Source of the DNA: an uncultured Candidatus Poseidoniales archaeon
Lineage (GTDB): Archaea; Thermoplasmatota; Poseidoniia; Poseidoniales; Thalassarchaeaceae
Reading direction: 5' to 3'
Length of the DNA stretch: 64,000 bases
Assembly: GCA_964585295.1 (NCBI GenBank)
Contig: CAZPCY010000002.1
Coordinates: 102,745-166,744, forward strand
Positions 38,509 to 48,699 of the stretch are shown here, piece by piece. Under the pieces are notes generated by a model. The model ran no database searches. It was not told the DNA's origin and saw only the letters and a list, made by a program, of their open reading frames with translations. Within the stretch, counting starts at the first letter, position 1. The number at the start of each line of letters is the position of its first letter. A program made the translations under genes and the position numbers.

Positions 38509-39840
38509 TTAGAAATGTGAAGTCATTCTCCCCGATACCATCGTGTGAGTGCAGGGGGATGTTCCAGGCGTCTGGCACCAACCATCGATGTTTTCTCCTG
38601 ACAGGACGTTCAGATCCGCGGGACCGCCTTCCACCAGCGTACCAACACCTGCTCCGACATCAAGAGTCGATGCAGGATTTCTCGTCACGGCGACGAGAGC
38701 GGCGAGAGGATCGACCCCCAATCGATGGGTTGCGAGACTACCACTGAATGGAATTGACAGAGATCTGCAATTCGGATTGAAGTCCGTCGCAAGACTCCAA
38801 GGCTGAGCTAGTTCGATTCGTTGCTTGATTGGTGGCCAGTGGTCCGAACCGAGAACATAGGGCGTCCCTGGTAAGAAGCCTTGCAAGACGCCCTCTTCGG
38901 CTGCCGCTGACCGCGCATCCTCCGATGAATGCCCGGCGTGGTCAGCTGTATCCACAGAGAGTTCTGCAGCGAGGGCTAGTCCTCCAGAATCCGCGAACTC
39001 ATCAACATGAAGTCTCGCAGATAGTCCAGACGCCATGCCCTCCTTGACGATTTGCTCAGTCTCGTCGACCGTGAACCAGCCATCCTCGCAGAAAACATCG
39101 CACGAAGAGGCGATGCCTTGGTCGATGATAGCGGGTAATTGTTCCGCCATGATCTCCTCAACATACGATTCTCGAGAGTGATTGGCCGGAGTATCATGCG
39201 CCCCCATCCAAGTGACATGAATCCGTTGCGGCCCTCTGCTTGCGAGCTCTCCTGCGGCTCGGATGAGGGCAAGTTCGGACTCTGTGGTAAGGCCATATCC
39301 GCTCTTAACCTCCATCGTTGTGGTTCCATGGCGGAAGGCTGTTTCCATTCGATTCGCCCCGATTGCGGTGAGTTCAGTCACTGAAAGCTCTCGCGTTTCT
39401 CTAGTTGTCTTGCCGATTCCACCTCCTGATTCGGAAATCTGCCGGTAGGTCGAACCCCTCTGTCGAAGTCGTATTTCGTTTGAACGGTCACCGGCCCAAA
39501 TCAAATGGGTGTGAGCATCGACGAATCCCGGTACGACAGCTCGGTGCGCAATATCCCAAACCTCCACACCATCTAGATCAAACATCCTCGGGCTCTTTGC
39601 CTCTAATCTCATTCCGAGGCCGAACTCCTCAGCAATCTCTTCGGTTCTACCAATGGTGCGGATCCTATCTTCTTCGATTACCATCGCTGCCCCTGTATCT
39701 GCCAAAAGCGCTGTGCGATCATGCATGGCAGAGCCAACCAGCGGTTCCTGACCACCATTTGGAGATAGGTGAGCCATCTCACCGATGCGTAACAGGACTG
39801 TCTTCATCGAGTCGACACGGACGGCGGGGCTTGAAATCAT
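38509..39840 (-). CDS. hutI: Imidazolonepropionase
   Basis: PGFVDAHTH, GTTTMEVKSGYGL, DVFCE, LHVDE, ATDFNP. Start may be ATG 39807. Confidence 0.95.
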   Translation of the reverse strand: MISSPAVRVDSMKTVLLRIGEMAHLSPNGGQEPLVGSAMHDRTALLADTGAAMVIEEDRIRTIGRTEEIAEEFGLGMRLEAKSPRMFDLDGVEVWDIAHRAVVPGFVDAHTHLIWAGDRSNEIRLRQRGSTYRQISESGGGIGKTTRETRELSVTELTAIGANRMETAFRHGTTTMEVKSGYGLTTESELALIRAAGELASRGPQRIHVTWMGAHDTPANHSRESYVEEIMAEQLPAIIDQGIASSCDVFCEDGWFTVDETEQIVKEGMASGLSARLHVDEFADSGGLALAAELSVDTADHAGHSSEDARSAAAEEGVLQGFLPGTPYVLGSDHWPPIKQRIELAQPWSLATDFNPNCRSLSIPFSGSLATHRLGVDPLAALVAVTRNPASTLDVGAGVGTLVEGGPADLNVLSGENIDGWCQTPGTSPCTHTMVSGRMTSHF

Positions 39841-39873
39841 GCGCCATCTCCCGTCCGCTTAGGACGGGGTACT

Positions 39874-40878
39874 TTGGGTTGGGTTCTAGGCATCGAATCA
39901 ACAGCCCACACCCTCTCGTTTGGAGCCGTCAGCCCGGAGGGTGAGGTGATACCATCGGCATCATCCCTTTTCCGGCCAGAACAAGGTGGTATCCACCCCC
40001 GGGAAGCGGCAGACCACCATTCGGATTCGGCTGCAAAATTACTTGGAAGATTGATCTCAACTCACGGCCTTCCCCTCTCCGAATTACGAGGAGTGGCCTT
40101 CAGCCAAGGCCCAGGGTTAGGACCTTGCCTCAGAGTGGGTGCATCAGTCGCACGTGCTCTCTCTGTAGCCCATGATGTTCCTTTGATTGGTGTCAACCAC
40201 TGTGTGGCGCATATCGAGATAGGTAGGCTTCTCTGCGACTGCGAGGACCCCGTTCTGCTGTATGTCAGCGGAGGAAATACGCAGGTCATAGCAAGACTTG
40301 GCGATCGATACCGAGTTCTCGGCGAGACTCTTGACATCGGAATCGGTAACATGCTCGACAAGTTCGCACGATTTCATGGACATCCTTTCCCGGGTGGCCC
40401 ATTAATCGAGCGAAAGGCGATGGATTGGGCCATTGGAGCAGATGGTATAACGGACGACCTAACTCTACCATATTCGGTACACGGCATGGATCTAGCATTC
40501 AGCGGCATCCTGACCTCAGCCAACATCCTCGTGGAACGGGGGGCTCCTTTCGATGCGGTTTGTTGGACGCTCCAAGAACATGTATTCGCAGCATGCATCG
40601 AGGTGGCTGAAAGGGCACTGGCCCACACGGGCAAGATGGAACTCCTACTGGGTGGAGGTGTGGCTTGTAACCGGCGCCTGAATGAGATGTCGGAATCGAT
40701 GTGTGAAGAGAGGGGTGCGACCTCGCACTGTCCTCCCAAGCAATACTGCATCGACAATGGAACGATGATCGCAGTGCTTGGCAGGCTTCATCTGGAAGAA
40801 GGTGAAACAACCCCCGTGCCAATGAGCGCAGTGGACCAAGCCCTGAGAACGGATAGAACAAGAGTGACGTGGGCGTGA
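39874..40878 (+). CDS. kae1: tRNA t6A synthase, KEOPS Kae1 subunit (not fused to Bud32)
   Basis: LGIESTAHT, GGIHPREAADHH, GPGLGPCL, VNHCVAHIE, SGGNT, DNGTMIA. Confidence 0.96.
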   Translation: MGWVLGIESTAHTLSFGAVSPEGEVIPSASSLFRPEQGGIHPREAADHHSDSAAKLLGRLISTHGLPLSELRGVAFSQGPGLGPCLRVGASVARALSVAHDVPLIGVNHCVAHIEIGRLLCDCEDPVLLYVSGGNTQVIARLGDRYRVLGETLDIGIGNMLDKFARFHGHPFPGGPLIERKAMDWAIGADGITDDLTLPYSVHGMDLAFSGILTSANILVERGAPFDAVCWTLQEHVFAACIEVAERALAHTGKMELLLGGGVACNRRLNEMSESMCEERGATSHCPPKQYCIDNGTMIAVLGRLHLEEGETTPVPMSAVDQALRTDRTRVTWA

Positions 40879-40936
40879 ACGGCGCTATCACCCAACGCTT
40901 TAGAACGGGTGGTCTAGAGCCGCACTCACAGGAGTC

Positions 40937-41851
40937 ATGGGATTGAGTCGACGACGACCTCGGAAGCAGCCTGACAATCCCTTCACCAAGGGAGGTTCCC
41001 ACGAGACATCAGTCCGATCCCCTCAGAGGAGAGCGGGGGGGCAGCCATTCGGCAACCAGCCAAACCCCACCCCATCACCCAACGTCGCTCCAGGTTCAAT
41101 ACAGAGGCCGCCTCCGATTCCGGAACCTGAGTCCAACATCCCGAAGCCGATAGTCCGGAAGAAGCAGCCAGACGTTAAGACCGAGCCAGCTCCTGATCCC
41201 AAACAGGACGAGATTAAGGATTCAACATCAGAATCTGAGATGGAGGAATCTGAAGTCCCGAAACCCGACGAATCCGAGGTTCCGGAGACGCCAACAGCGG
41301 GGGGAGATGGACGTGGTATCGGCCTCTCTGCTTTGGATGAGCCGGCATCGGAACAGACGGATTCCCCTTCGGTTTCGGATGATGACCGGGTGGCTGACCT
41401 TCTGCAGCGTAGCAGGAAGACGAGCAAGGATCTTGAGAAGGATTCTGGAGAAGAACAATCCACCGGACCAGCACCCAATGCAGTTGGAACCGACCTGTTC
41501 ACCGTTCGACGTGACTCGGCTCCAACCAACGTATTCCGGCGGAGCGGTCCTAGCAGGCCAGCTCCCGGTAGAAGGCGAAGGCCAATCCCGCAACCAGCGG
41601 TCCGGCAGAAGCGGCTCGATCGCGGCAGGCATGTGGAGTACAAGTACGAAGTACGTGGTCTGATGGTGGAGATTGGGGTTCCCGAAGAGCATAGGTCCAG
41701 CCTTCTCGGATCGATATGGGCCAAGGGCGAGAGACAGGATGTGGAAGAAGCGAAAGGATTCATCCAGACTCAGGTTGACTTGGGCAACATCACTGCGGAT
41801 ATGGCCGAGGCATTGCTGAATGTCGTCTCCCGATACACCGTCAGAAGGTGA
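40937..41851 (+). CDS. Hypothetical protein, disordered Pro-rich N-terminus with a compact C-terminal domain
   Basis: 304-aa ORF overlapping the mutase start; folded-looking tail RHVEYKYEVR...IWAKGER. Confidence 0.7.
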   Translation: MGLSRRRPRKQPDNPFTKGGSHETSVRSPQRRAGGQPFGNQPNPTPSPNVAPGSIQRPPPIPEPESNIPKPIVRKKQPDVKTEPAPDPKQDEIKDSTSESEMEESEVPKPDESEVPETPTAGGDGRGIGLSALDEPASEQTDSPSVSDDDRVADLLQRSRKTSKDLEKDSGEEQSTGPAPNAVGTDLFTVRRDSAPTNVFRRSGPSRPAPGRRRRPIPQPAVRQKRLDRGRHVEYKYEVRGLMVEIGVPEEHRSSLLGSIWAKGERQDVEEAKGFIQTQVDLGNITADMAEALLNVVSRYTVRR

Positions 41852-43512
41852 GTCACGACCGACAGAGGGATGAACGGCGCGCTCGCCCGGACTCCAAGGG
41901 AGCCACCATGACGAGTGAGCGAAAGGATCGATGGGAGACGCTTGGTGGACTCCCGCTTCCATCTATCCCTACCGAGACTACCGCAGTCGAATCTGGTCAC
42001 CAACCGGATTACGACTGCCTTCCCGGAGAACCCCCTTACACCAGAGGGATACACGAAACGATGTATCGAAGCCGGATCTGGACGATGCGGCAGTATGCGG
42101 GTTTTTCCACTGCAGCGGAAACCAATCAGCGGTTCAGGATGCTTCTTGAACAAGGTCAGAAAGGGCTCTCGGTGGCTTTTGACCTACCTACTCAACTCGG
42201 TATGGATAGCGATGATCAGATGGCCGAAGGAGAGGTAGGTAAGGTAGGGGTGGCCATCGATACGATTGAAGACATGCGCACCCTATTCGATGGAATCGAT
42301 CTCGGTACAATCTCCACATCGATGACGATCAATGCGCCGGCAGCCATCCTGCTCGCCCTATACATAGCGGTGGCAGATGAGAGAGGTGTTCCACGGGAGC
42401 GATTGAGAGGCACCGTGCAGAATGATGTCTTGAAGGAATACATCGCCAGAGGCCTCTATGTCTTCCCACCGGTCCAGAGTCTCAGACTCGCGACGGATGT
42501 GATGGCATGGTGCAGCGAGGAAGTGCCTTCGTGGAACACGATTTCGATTTCAGGATACCATATCAGGGAGGCAGGGGCGACCGCAGTCGAAGAGGTTGCT
42601 TTCACGCTGGCCAACGCATTGGAATACATCTCAGCCGCGATCGCTAGTGGGTTGGACATCGATGTGATAGCACCGAGAATCTCGTTTTTCTTCGGTTGCC
42701 ACAACGATTTCTTTGAAGAGGTGGCCAAGTTCCGTGCTGCGCGTACCCTATGGCATAATCTGCTAACAGAGCGCCATCAACCGAAGGACCGGAAATCCCT
42801 GCTGATGAGATTCCACACCCAAACTGCAGGCGTCACTCTGACCGCTCAGCAACCTCTCAACAACATCGTTAGGGTGGCATATCAAGCGATGGCGGCGGTT
42901 CTCGGAGGAACCCAGTCCCTGCATACCAATTCCTACGACGAAGCATTGGGCCTTCCGACATCCGAATCCGCGACCATGGCGTTGCGCACTCAACAGATTC
43001 TCGCTGAGGAGACAGGAGTAGCTGATGTCGTGGACCCATTGGGAGGTAGCCATCTAGTCGAGGGGCTGACTGCGATGATCATGAGTGAGGCGCTAGCGTT
43101 GATTACCGACATGGATGATAATGGAGGGGCAATCAAATGCATGGAATCAGGCCTGCAGCAGCGAATGATCCATGAGAGCGCTTGGAAGCAGTTGCGAGCA
43201 ATGGAAGATCAGAGCAGGAGCATAATCGGAGTCAATCATGCAATCGAGGAGGAGATGGGTGAGATCGGCGAAGGGCAATCCCTCAATCCGACGATTTATG
43301 AGAATCAGGTCCAGAGGCTCACGGATATTCGACAGAATCGTAATCAACGGGAAGCACAAATCAGACTTTCAGAACTTCGGGAGGCTTGCGATAAAGGCCA
43401 TTCCATCATGCCTAGGATTATCGACGCGGTGAAGGCGGAATGCACTGTCGGAGAAATCATGGGGGCCATGCGAGATTCCTTCGGAACCTATCGGGCCCCT
43501 AGTGGAATATGA
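41848..43512 (+). CDS. Methylmalonyl-CoA mutase, large (substrate-binding) subunit
   Basis: PYTRG, WTMRQYAGF, AFDLPTQ, QNDVLKEY, SISGYH, SLHTNS; no cobalamin-binding domain. Confidence 0.95.
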   Translation: MSHDRQRDERRARPDSKGATMTSERKDRWETLGGLPLPSIPTETTAVESGHQPDYDCLPGEPPYTRGIHETMYRSRIWTMRQYAGFSTAAETNQRFRMLLEQGQKGLSVAFDLPTQLGMDSDDQMAEGEVGKVGVAIDTIEDMRTLFDGIDLGTISTSMTINAPAAILLALYIAVADERGVPRERLRGTVQNDVLKEYIARGLYVFPPVQSLRLATDVMAWCSEEVPSWNTISISGYHIREAGATAVEEVAFTLANALEYISAAIASGLDIDVIAPRISFFFGCHNDFFEEVAKFRAARTLWHNLLTERHQPKDRKSLLMRFHTQTAGVTLTAQQPLNNIVRVAYQAMAAVLGGTQSLHTNSYDEALGLPTSESATMALRTQQILAEETGVADVVDPLGGSHLVEGLTAMIMSEALALITDMDDNGGAIKCMESGLQQRMIHESAWKQLRAMEDQSRSIIGVNHAIEEEMGEIGEGQSLNPTIYENQVQRLTDIRQNRNQREAQIRLSELREACDKGHSIMPRIIDAVKAECTVGEIMGAMRDSFGTYRAPSGI

Positions 43513-43521
43513 GGTGGAAAC

Positions 43522-43959
43522 ATGGTTACCATCGACCATATCGGAATAGCCGTAGAAGATCTGGAGGCGGGAAGCGCTTTCTGGCGGCTCTTGGGACTTC
43601 AGGAGACTGGTGATGAAACCGTCGAGGAACAAGGAGTCGATATCCGATTCTTTGAGTCAATTACGAACAACGTCGATCAGATTGTTGCGCCTCGACTTGA
43701 ATTGTTGGCACCACGAGGGGCCGATACACCCATTGGCCGATTCCTCACCAACCACGGATCGGGAGTCCAGCAAATTGCATTCCGTGTCGAAGATCTCGAC
43801 TCCACTATCATTCGACTTGTAGAAGCGGGCATCCAGATGATCGATGAAGAACCAAGATCAGGGGCCGATGGAACACGTGTCGCCTTCGTCCATCCTCGTT
43901 CGACTGGAGGTGTGCTGGTCGAACTCCTAGAGAAGGCCTCAACTGCGAACTCGGTCTGA
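43522..43959 (+). CDS. mce: Methylmalonyl-CoA epimerase
   Basis: IDHIGIAV, ELL.P, AFVHP.STGGVLVEL. Confidence 0.93.
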   Translation: MVTIDHIGIAVEDLEAGSAFWRLLGLQETGDETVEEQGVDIRFFESITNNVDQIVAPRLELLAPRGADTPIGRFLTNHGSGVQQIAFRVEDLDSTIIRLVEAGIQMIDEEPRSGADGTRVAFVHPRSTGGVLVELLEKASTANSV

Positions 43960-43992
43960 ACCGTCAAAAAGGAGACCTCACTCGCCGGTCTG

Positions 43993-44289
43993 ATGCGAGA
44001 CCTACTGCGATCCCTACTCGAAGGCAGTATGGCCGAATCGGAACTTCGGAGAGCGATGGACTTCCTGACCGATGCCTTGGACTCTCTTCGCCAAGAAGAG
44101 CACATCAGCAATGATGCATATCTCGACGCTGGTGCTATTCAAGGTGGTCTCGGGATGGTCGCCGACATGGCTGCTCTCGGAGTGTCCGAGGAGGAACTCA
44201 GGGACAACTTGAAGGATTTAATCGATAGATCGGAGAGACTGTGCTCAGTCCACCCCGATTTAGATGCGGCAATCGCTTCGAAGTGCTGA
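43993..44289 (+). CDS. Small helical hypothetical protein
   Basis: 98-aa ORF packed between mce and the ABC ATPase. Confidence 0.6.
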   Translation: MRDLLRSLLEGSMAESELRRAMDFLTDALDSLRQEEHISNDAYLDAGAIQGGLGMVADMAALGVSEEELRDNLKDLIDRSERLCSVHPDLDAAIASKC

Positions 44290-44298
44290 GATGGTCTG

Positions 44299-45153
44299 AT
44301 GGCGAGCCCCCTGCTCGTCACGGAATCGCTTCACAAGAGATTCGGTGACATCCATGCGTTGCGCGATGTCGATATCACGTTCCACCGCGGCGAAGTCGTT
44401 GGACTGGTCGGTGGTAACGGAGCTGGCAAGACGACATTGCTGAGGCTTCTCTGCGGTTTGTATCAACCGACCTCAGGAGATGTCTGTCTACTCGACGAGG
44501 TTGGAGGTAGGATGCCGGTAACGCGTTTGCGTAGTCATCTCGGAGTAGTCCCAGAATCAAGTGGACTCTACCATCGATTCTCCGCTTGGGAGAACATCCG
44601 GTATCACGCGAGGTTGCACGGTATTCCTGATGATGTGTCTTGGACAAGGACTGAGAGGTTTGCCAAGGCGCTAGACCTGCTGAATGATCTTCATCGCCCC
44701 ACACGTGGCTTCAGCCGTGGCATGCGACAAAAGACGGCGTTAATCAGAGCGCTTGCACACGGTCCAGATGTGCTGTTGCTCGATGAACCAACCGGTGGCC
44801 TCGATGTAACCAGTGCCAGAATGGTAAGAACGGTGGTCCGAAGACTCGGAGACGAAGGTGGTACCGTGATTTACAGCACTCACCATCTAGCCGAGGCTGA
44901 GAGGGTGTGCGACAGGATTGTCATCATCCACAACGGAACTCTAAGGGCCACGGGCACCCCTGTCCAACTGATGATGGAAACAAGGACATCCAGTCTGGAG
45001 GATGCATATGTGTCTCTGACAGGAGATGAGGCCAGAGATGAATCCCCGGAGAACGCTGGCAGCGTCTCTTCCTGGTGGACCGATCTTCTGCATCGTCTCT
45101 CCAGAAGACCGTCATTAACGACTCTTCGTAGCGAAAGGGGTGAGGAGGAATGA
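44299..45153 (+). CDS. ABC exporter ATP-binding subunit (NatA-like)
   Basis: GGNGAGKTT, FSRGMRQK, LLDEPT, STH. Confidence 0.92.
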   Translation: MASPLLVTESLHKRFGDIHALRDVDITFHRGEVVGLVGGNGAGKTTLLRLLCGLYQPTSGDVCLLDEVGGRMPVTRLRSHLGVVPESSGLYHRFSAWENIRYHARLHGIPDDVSWTRTERFAKALDLLNDLHRPTRGFSRGMRQKTALIRALAHGPDVLLLDEPTGGLDVTSARMVRTVVRRLGDEGGTVIYSTHHLAEAERVCDRIVIIHNGTLRATGTPVQLMMETRTSSLEDAYVSLTGDEARDESPENAGSVSSWWTDLLHRLSRRPSLTTLRSERGEEE

Positions 45154-46427
45154 CCGAGGCAACTCCACGATCCCTGGAGGCGTTGTCTTCGATTAGAACA
45201 ATCGCCATCAAGGAGATTGTCGACTTCCTCCGTGATTGGAGAACACTTCTGGCCGTACTGCTCGTCCCCCTGCTCCTCTTCCCCCTCATCTTCGGTCTGT
45301 TGCCGATATTTCTCCAGGGTGAGGCGACGGAATTGCAGCAGAAGCGATTGTCCGTCGTGATCGAGGTGGAGGAGGGGGGGGAGGTCCCCGATGAACTAGC
45401 ACGGATTCTCAGCGAGAGCGATTTGGACACGATAGATGCCGTTTTGACTAACCTGAATGGCAAGTCCCTGTCGGAACCAGGGGGTATCGCTTCAGACAGA
45501 CTGCGGGCGGGTCTTGACTCAGGTGAAGAGCATTGCATACTGAGACTTGTGCAGACCGAGACCAATGCAACCGAATCCTGGAACTATGCGATAATCAGTG
45601 ATTCCACACACGAGTTCTCAAGGGAGGCGCGAGCCCGGACTCTCGAAGCAGTTCTAGAATGGGAGGATGGCATAGTCAATGCCACCCTCGGGGCACACGG
45701 ACTGGAACGGCAGGAGGCCATTGACCCCATCCACTGGGATGGTGAGCAGGCCGAAGCGGACATCTCTAGCGAAGGAGAGCGTGCTGCCTTCGGATTCTCT
45801 CTGATTATCCCTCTGGTGGTCGCTCTATGGACGGCATCATCTGCTATCCAACCAGCCATCGACATGACCGCGGGAGAGAGGGAGAGAGGGACTCTGGAGG
45901 CGCTGCTTTGTACGCCAGTCGAACGCCGAGACCTCTTGATGGGGAAGTGGTTTGCCGTCGCCACCATAGCGATGGTCAGCGTACTTCTTCAGGTCGCTGG
46001 CCTGTTAATAGCTATCGAGTTCATCGCGGCGGGATTCGTTACTCTACCGACCATACCGATAACCGGCTGGCTGCTCTTTGTTCTCAGTGTACTGATGTTC
46101 GCTATTTTCACGGTTGCGATCGAGCTTGCGGCAGCCATCAGAGCGAGATCGGTGAAGGAAGCTGGATCGACACTCACTCCGATGATCATCCTGTTCATCG
46201 GACCAACTCTATTCAGCCAGTTCGTCAATCTGGAAGGAATCGAAGCGTGGTGGTTCACCCTTCCGATATTCAATGTCTGTCTCGGCATGAGGGAAGCACT
46301 CGTAGGCACTCTAGACCCTCTCCACATCGTTCTCTGGTCTAGCACGAGCCTGCTCTACGCGACGCTTGCAGTAATCTGGGCAAGCAGTCAGTTCAATCGC
46401 GAGGATCTCGTCGAAGCAATCTCCTGA
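45150..46427 (+). CDS. ABC-2 permease (NatB-like Na+ exporter)
   Basis: KE..D.LRD.RT, AIDMTAGERERGTLEALL.TP, ARSVKEA. Confidence 0.88.
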   Translation: MTEATPRSLEALSSIRTIAIKEIVDFLRDWRTLLAVLLVPLLLFPLIFGLLPIFLQGEATELQQKRLSVVIEVEEGGEVPDELARILSESDLDTIDAVLTNLNGKSLSEPGGIASDRLRAGLDSGEEHCILRLVQTETNATESWNYAIISDSTHEFSREARARTLEAVLEWEDGIVNATLGAHGLERQEAIDPIHWDGEQAEADISSEGERAAFGFSLIIPLVVALWTASSAIQPAIDMTAGERERGTLEALLCTPVERRDLLMGKWFAVATIAMVSVLLQVAGLLIAIEFIAAGFVTLPTIPITGWLLFVLSVLMFAIFTVAIELAAAIRARSVKEAGSTLTPMIILFIGPTLFSQFVNLEGIEAWWFTLPIFNVCLGMREALVGTLDPLHIVLWSSTSLLYATLAVIWASSQFNREDLVEAIS

Positions 46428-46428
46428 G

Positions 46429-46447
46429 AGGGGCCGGTATGGCCCCT
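46429..46447 (+). terminator. GC hairpin just after the permease stop
   Basis: AGGGGCC-GGTAT-GGCCCCT followed by ATTCTTCT. Confidence 0.35.
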
Positions 46448-46500
46448 ATTCTTCTAATTCGATCCCAGCCGTATCAGAGGTGTTTGCTCAAATTGTCTCG

Positions 46501-46516
46501 TATTACTTGAGTAATA
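46501..46516. promoter_or_regulatory. Palindromic operator candidate TATTACT-TG-AGTAATA
   Basis: Perfect 7-bp inverted repeat in an AT-rich patch ~40 bp upstream of the RHH gene, next to TCTAAAG. Confidence 0.6.
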
Positions 46517-46558
46517 TCTAAAGAATACCTTGATATGCCGAATGTCTTGGGAACAACC

Positions 46559-46744
46559 ATGCCCAAGATTAGTCTGGACATGCCAGCCGAACTGCTCGAG
46601 GACCTGCGCCTACATGTAGGGGACGAGCGGAAATTCGTCTCGCTGGCCGATGCCGTTCGAACCGCTTGTCGGAAACTGCTCGACCAATTGGATTCCATCG
46701 ATCAGCGGCACGGAAGGATTCCAGGGCGTGATTCCAATGAATGA
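46559..46744 (+). CDS. Ribbon-helix-helix (CopG-like) regulator
   Basis: MPKISLDMPAELLEDL...FVSLADAVRTACRKLL; overlaps the folE start. Confidence 0.85.
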   Translation: MPKISLDMPAELLEDLRLHVGDERKFVSLADAVRTACRKLLDQLDSIDQRHGRIPGRDSNE

Positions 46745-47321
46745 GCAGAGCGAAGAGATTCTACACGCCATAGAGACTATTCTGAGATACATCGAATCCA
46801 GCGATGGGACTCTCAGAGAGGGGCTGGTCGATTCTCCAAGACGTATACTCCACTCCTTCGAAGAGATCTTCTCAGGGTACGGAGAATCAGCCGAAGAAGT
46901 TCTCGACGCCACCTTCAATGCTGAAGGATATGATGGAATCGTTTTGCTCAGGGACATCGAATTCCACTCGATGTGCGAACATCATCTGCAACCATTCAGC
47001 GGCCGCGCGCATGTAGCTTACATCCCAGTCGAGCGGATCGTCGGAATCAGTAAGTTGGCCCGCTTGGTGGACATCCACGCCAAGCGATTACAGAATCAGG
47101 AGCGGGTGACTAAGGGAGTGGCGGATGACATCGAAGCCAATCTACAACCATTGGGTGCAGCAGTGATTCTTGAAGCCAGACACGGATGCATGCGCTGTAG
47201 AGGAGTGGGGAAGCAGAACGCCGTCATGACAACGAGTGCAATGCGGGGTGTCTTCTTTGAAAAGGCCGAAGCGAGAACGGAATTGCTCCAACTGATTAGA
47301 TCACAACCTTTGCGGGAGTGA
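46737..47321 (+). CDS. folE: GTP cyclohydrolase I (type IA)
   Basis: REGL.DSP.R, SMCEHH, GISKLAR, RLQNQE, H.CM..RG. Confidence 0.95.
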   Translation: MNEQSEEILHAIETILRYIESSDGTLREGLVDSPRRILHSFEEIFSGYGESAEEVLDATFNAEGYDGIVLLRDIEFHSMCEHHLQPFSGRAHVAYIPVERIVGISKLARLVDIHAKRLQNQERVTKGVADDIEANLQPLGAAVILEARHGCMRCRGVGKQNAVMTTSAMRGVFFEKAEARTELLQLIRSQPLRE

Positions 47322-47926
47322 ATGTGATGCCATCATTCTATCCTGTCGTGGAGATCTTTCACTCCGTCCAAGGAGAAGGGTTCCATGTGGGCATCCCACA
47401 TGTATTCATTCGATTCGGGGAATGCAACCTGCGTTGCGAATGGTGCGACACGGATTTCTTGACCCACGAGGAGATGACGATTGGGGAGATCGTCGAAGAG
47501 GTGGTGGCTTACGATTGCGGAAGAGTGGTTCTGACCGGAGGTGAGCCGGCAATCCACAATCTCGAGCCGATATGCGAATCTCTGAAGCGAGCGAATTTGT
47601 CTATCTCAATCGAGACGAACGGTACCATACCCATTCCTGATGCAATCGATTGGATCTGCGTCTCGCCCAAAGACATGCTATATCCTAACGCAGCAATCAA
47701 GCAGCGAATGGGAGACGAACTGAAAGTAGTGTACTGTGGTCAAGATCTCGCGTTGTACGACGATTTGAAGAAAGGATTCGACCATCTTTTCCTACAACCT
47801 TGCTATATCGAAGATGCGAGCGTCGAGGAGAACGGTAGGGGATTTGCTGCCGTCGAAGCAATCGTCAAGGACAATCCAGACTGGCGTCTCTCGCTGCAGA
47901 CCCACAAGTGGATGGGGGTCTCCTGA
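47318..47926 (+). CDS. queE: 7-carboxy-7-deazaguanine synthase
   Basis: EIFHSVQGEG, CNLRCEWCDT, TGGEP, ETNGT, SPK, SLQTHK. Confidence 0.95.
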   Translation: MNVMPSFYPVVEIFHSVQGEGFHVGIPHVFIRFGECNLRCEWCDTDFLTHEEMTIGEIVEEVVAYDCGRVVLTGGEPAIHNLEPICESLKRANLSISIETNGTIPIPDAIDWICVSPKDMLYPNAAIKQRMGDELKVVYCGQDLALYDDLKKGFDHLFLQPCYIEDASVEENGRGFAAVEAIVKDNPDWRLSLQTHKWMGVS

Positions 47927-48699
47927 TGCGCTCGATAATGGCTCTCTCGGGGGGTATGGATTCCACCGGACTGTTGATGCGTCTGCTTGCAAAAGGACAC
48001 ACTGTGGATTGTCTGTCGTTCGATTACGGCCAAAAGCACGCCATCGAACTGGAGAGGGCCGATGCGAATGTGCAACTGTTGGCAGAGCATGGAATCGATC
48101 TGAATCACATAATCGTCGATTTGACCAGCGTGATGTCAATGTTCAGATCTGCGTTGACCAGCGGGGACATCGATGTTCCAGAAGGACACTATGAGGAACA
48201 ACAGATGAAGCAGACTGTCGTACCCAACCGAAACGCGATATTCGCTAGCATCCTGCATGGACACGCGCTCAGTGTCGCACTAAGAGAGGATTGCGAGGTG
48301 AAGGTCGCTCTCGGAGTCCACTCTGGCGACCATGCAATCTATCCAGACTGTAGACCTGAGTTCTATCTTGCTCTCAGCCACGCCTTTGACCTAGGCAATT
48401 GGGATAGTGACAGGGTGTGCTTCTACCTCCCGTACATCGAATCGGACAAGGCACATATTCTCAGGGACACCATTGATTCCTGTTCAACCCTAGGTCTCGA
48501 TTTCGACACGGTTCTCGGCAACACCTGTACCTCTTATGAACCGGACGAAAGAGGGAGGGCGAGCGGCCGTACTGGGTCTGATGTCGAGAGAATCCTCGCC
48601 TTCCACTCGATTGGGAAAATCGACCCCATCGAATACGTAGATGAATGGGAGATTGTACTAGCCAATGCGCTCAGATTGGAATCCGAGGTGGAAGCATGA
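47926..48699 (+). CDS. queC: 7-cyano-7-deazaguanine synthase
   Basis: SGGMDS, YGQKH, VPNRN, YPDCR. Confidence 0.93.
   Translation: MRSIMALSGGMDSTGLLMRLLAKGHTVDCLSFDYGQKHAIELERADANVQLLAEHGIDLNHIIVDLTSVMSMFRSALTSGDIDVPEGHYEEQQMKQTVVPNRNAIFASILHGHALSVALREDCEVKVALGVHSGDHAIYPDCRPEFYLALSHAFDLGNWDSDRVCFYLPYIESDKAHILRDTIDSCSTLGLDFDTVLGNTCTSYEPDERGRASGRTGSDVERILAFHSIGKIDPIEYVDEWEIVLANALRLESEVEA

Noticed and set aside
46448..46558. preQ1 riboswitch
   Set aside because: No recognisable preQ1 aptamer stem or A-rich tail; a DNA palindrome plus RHH gene fits better.
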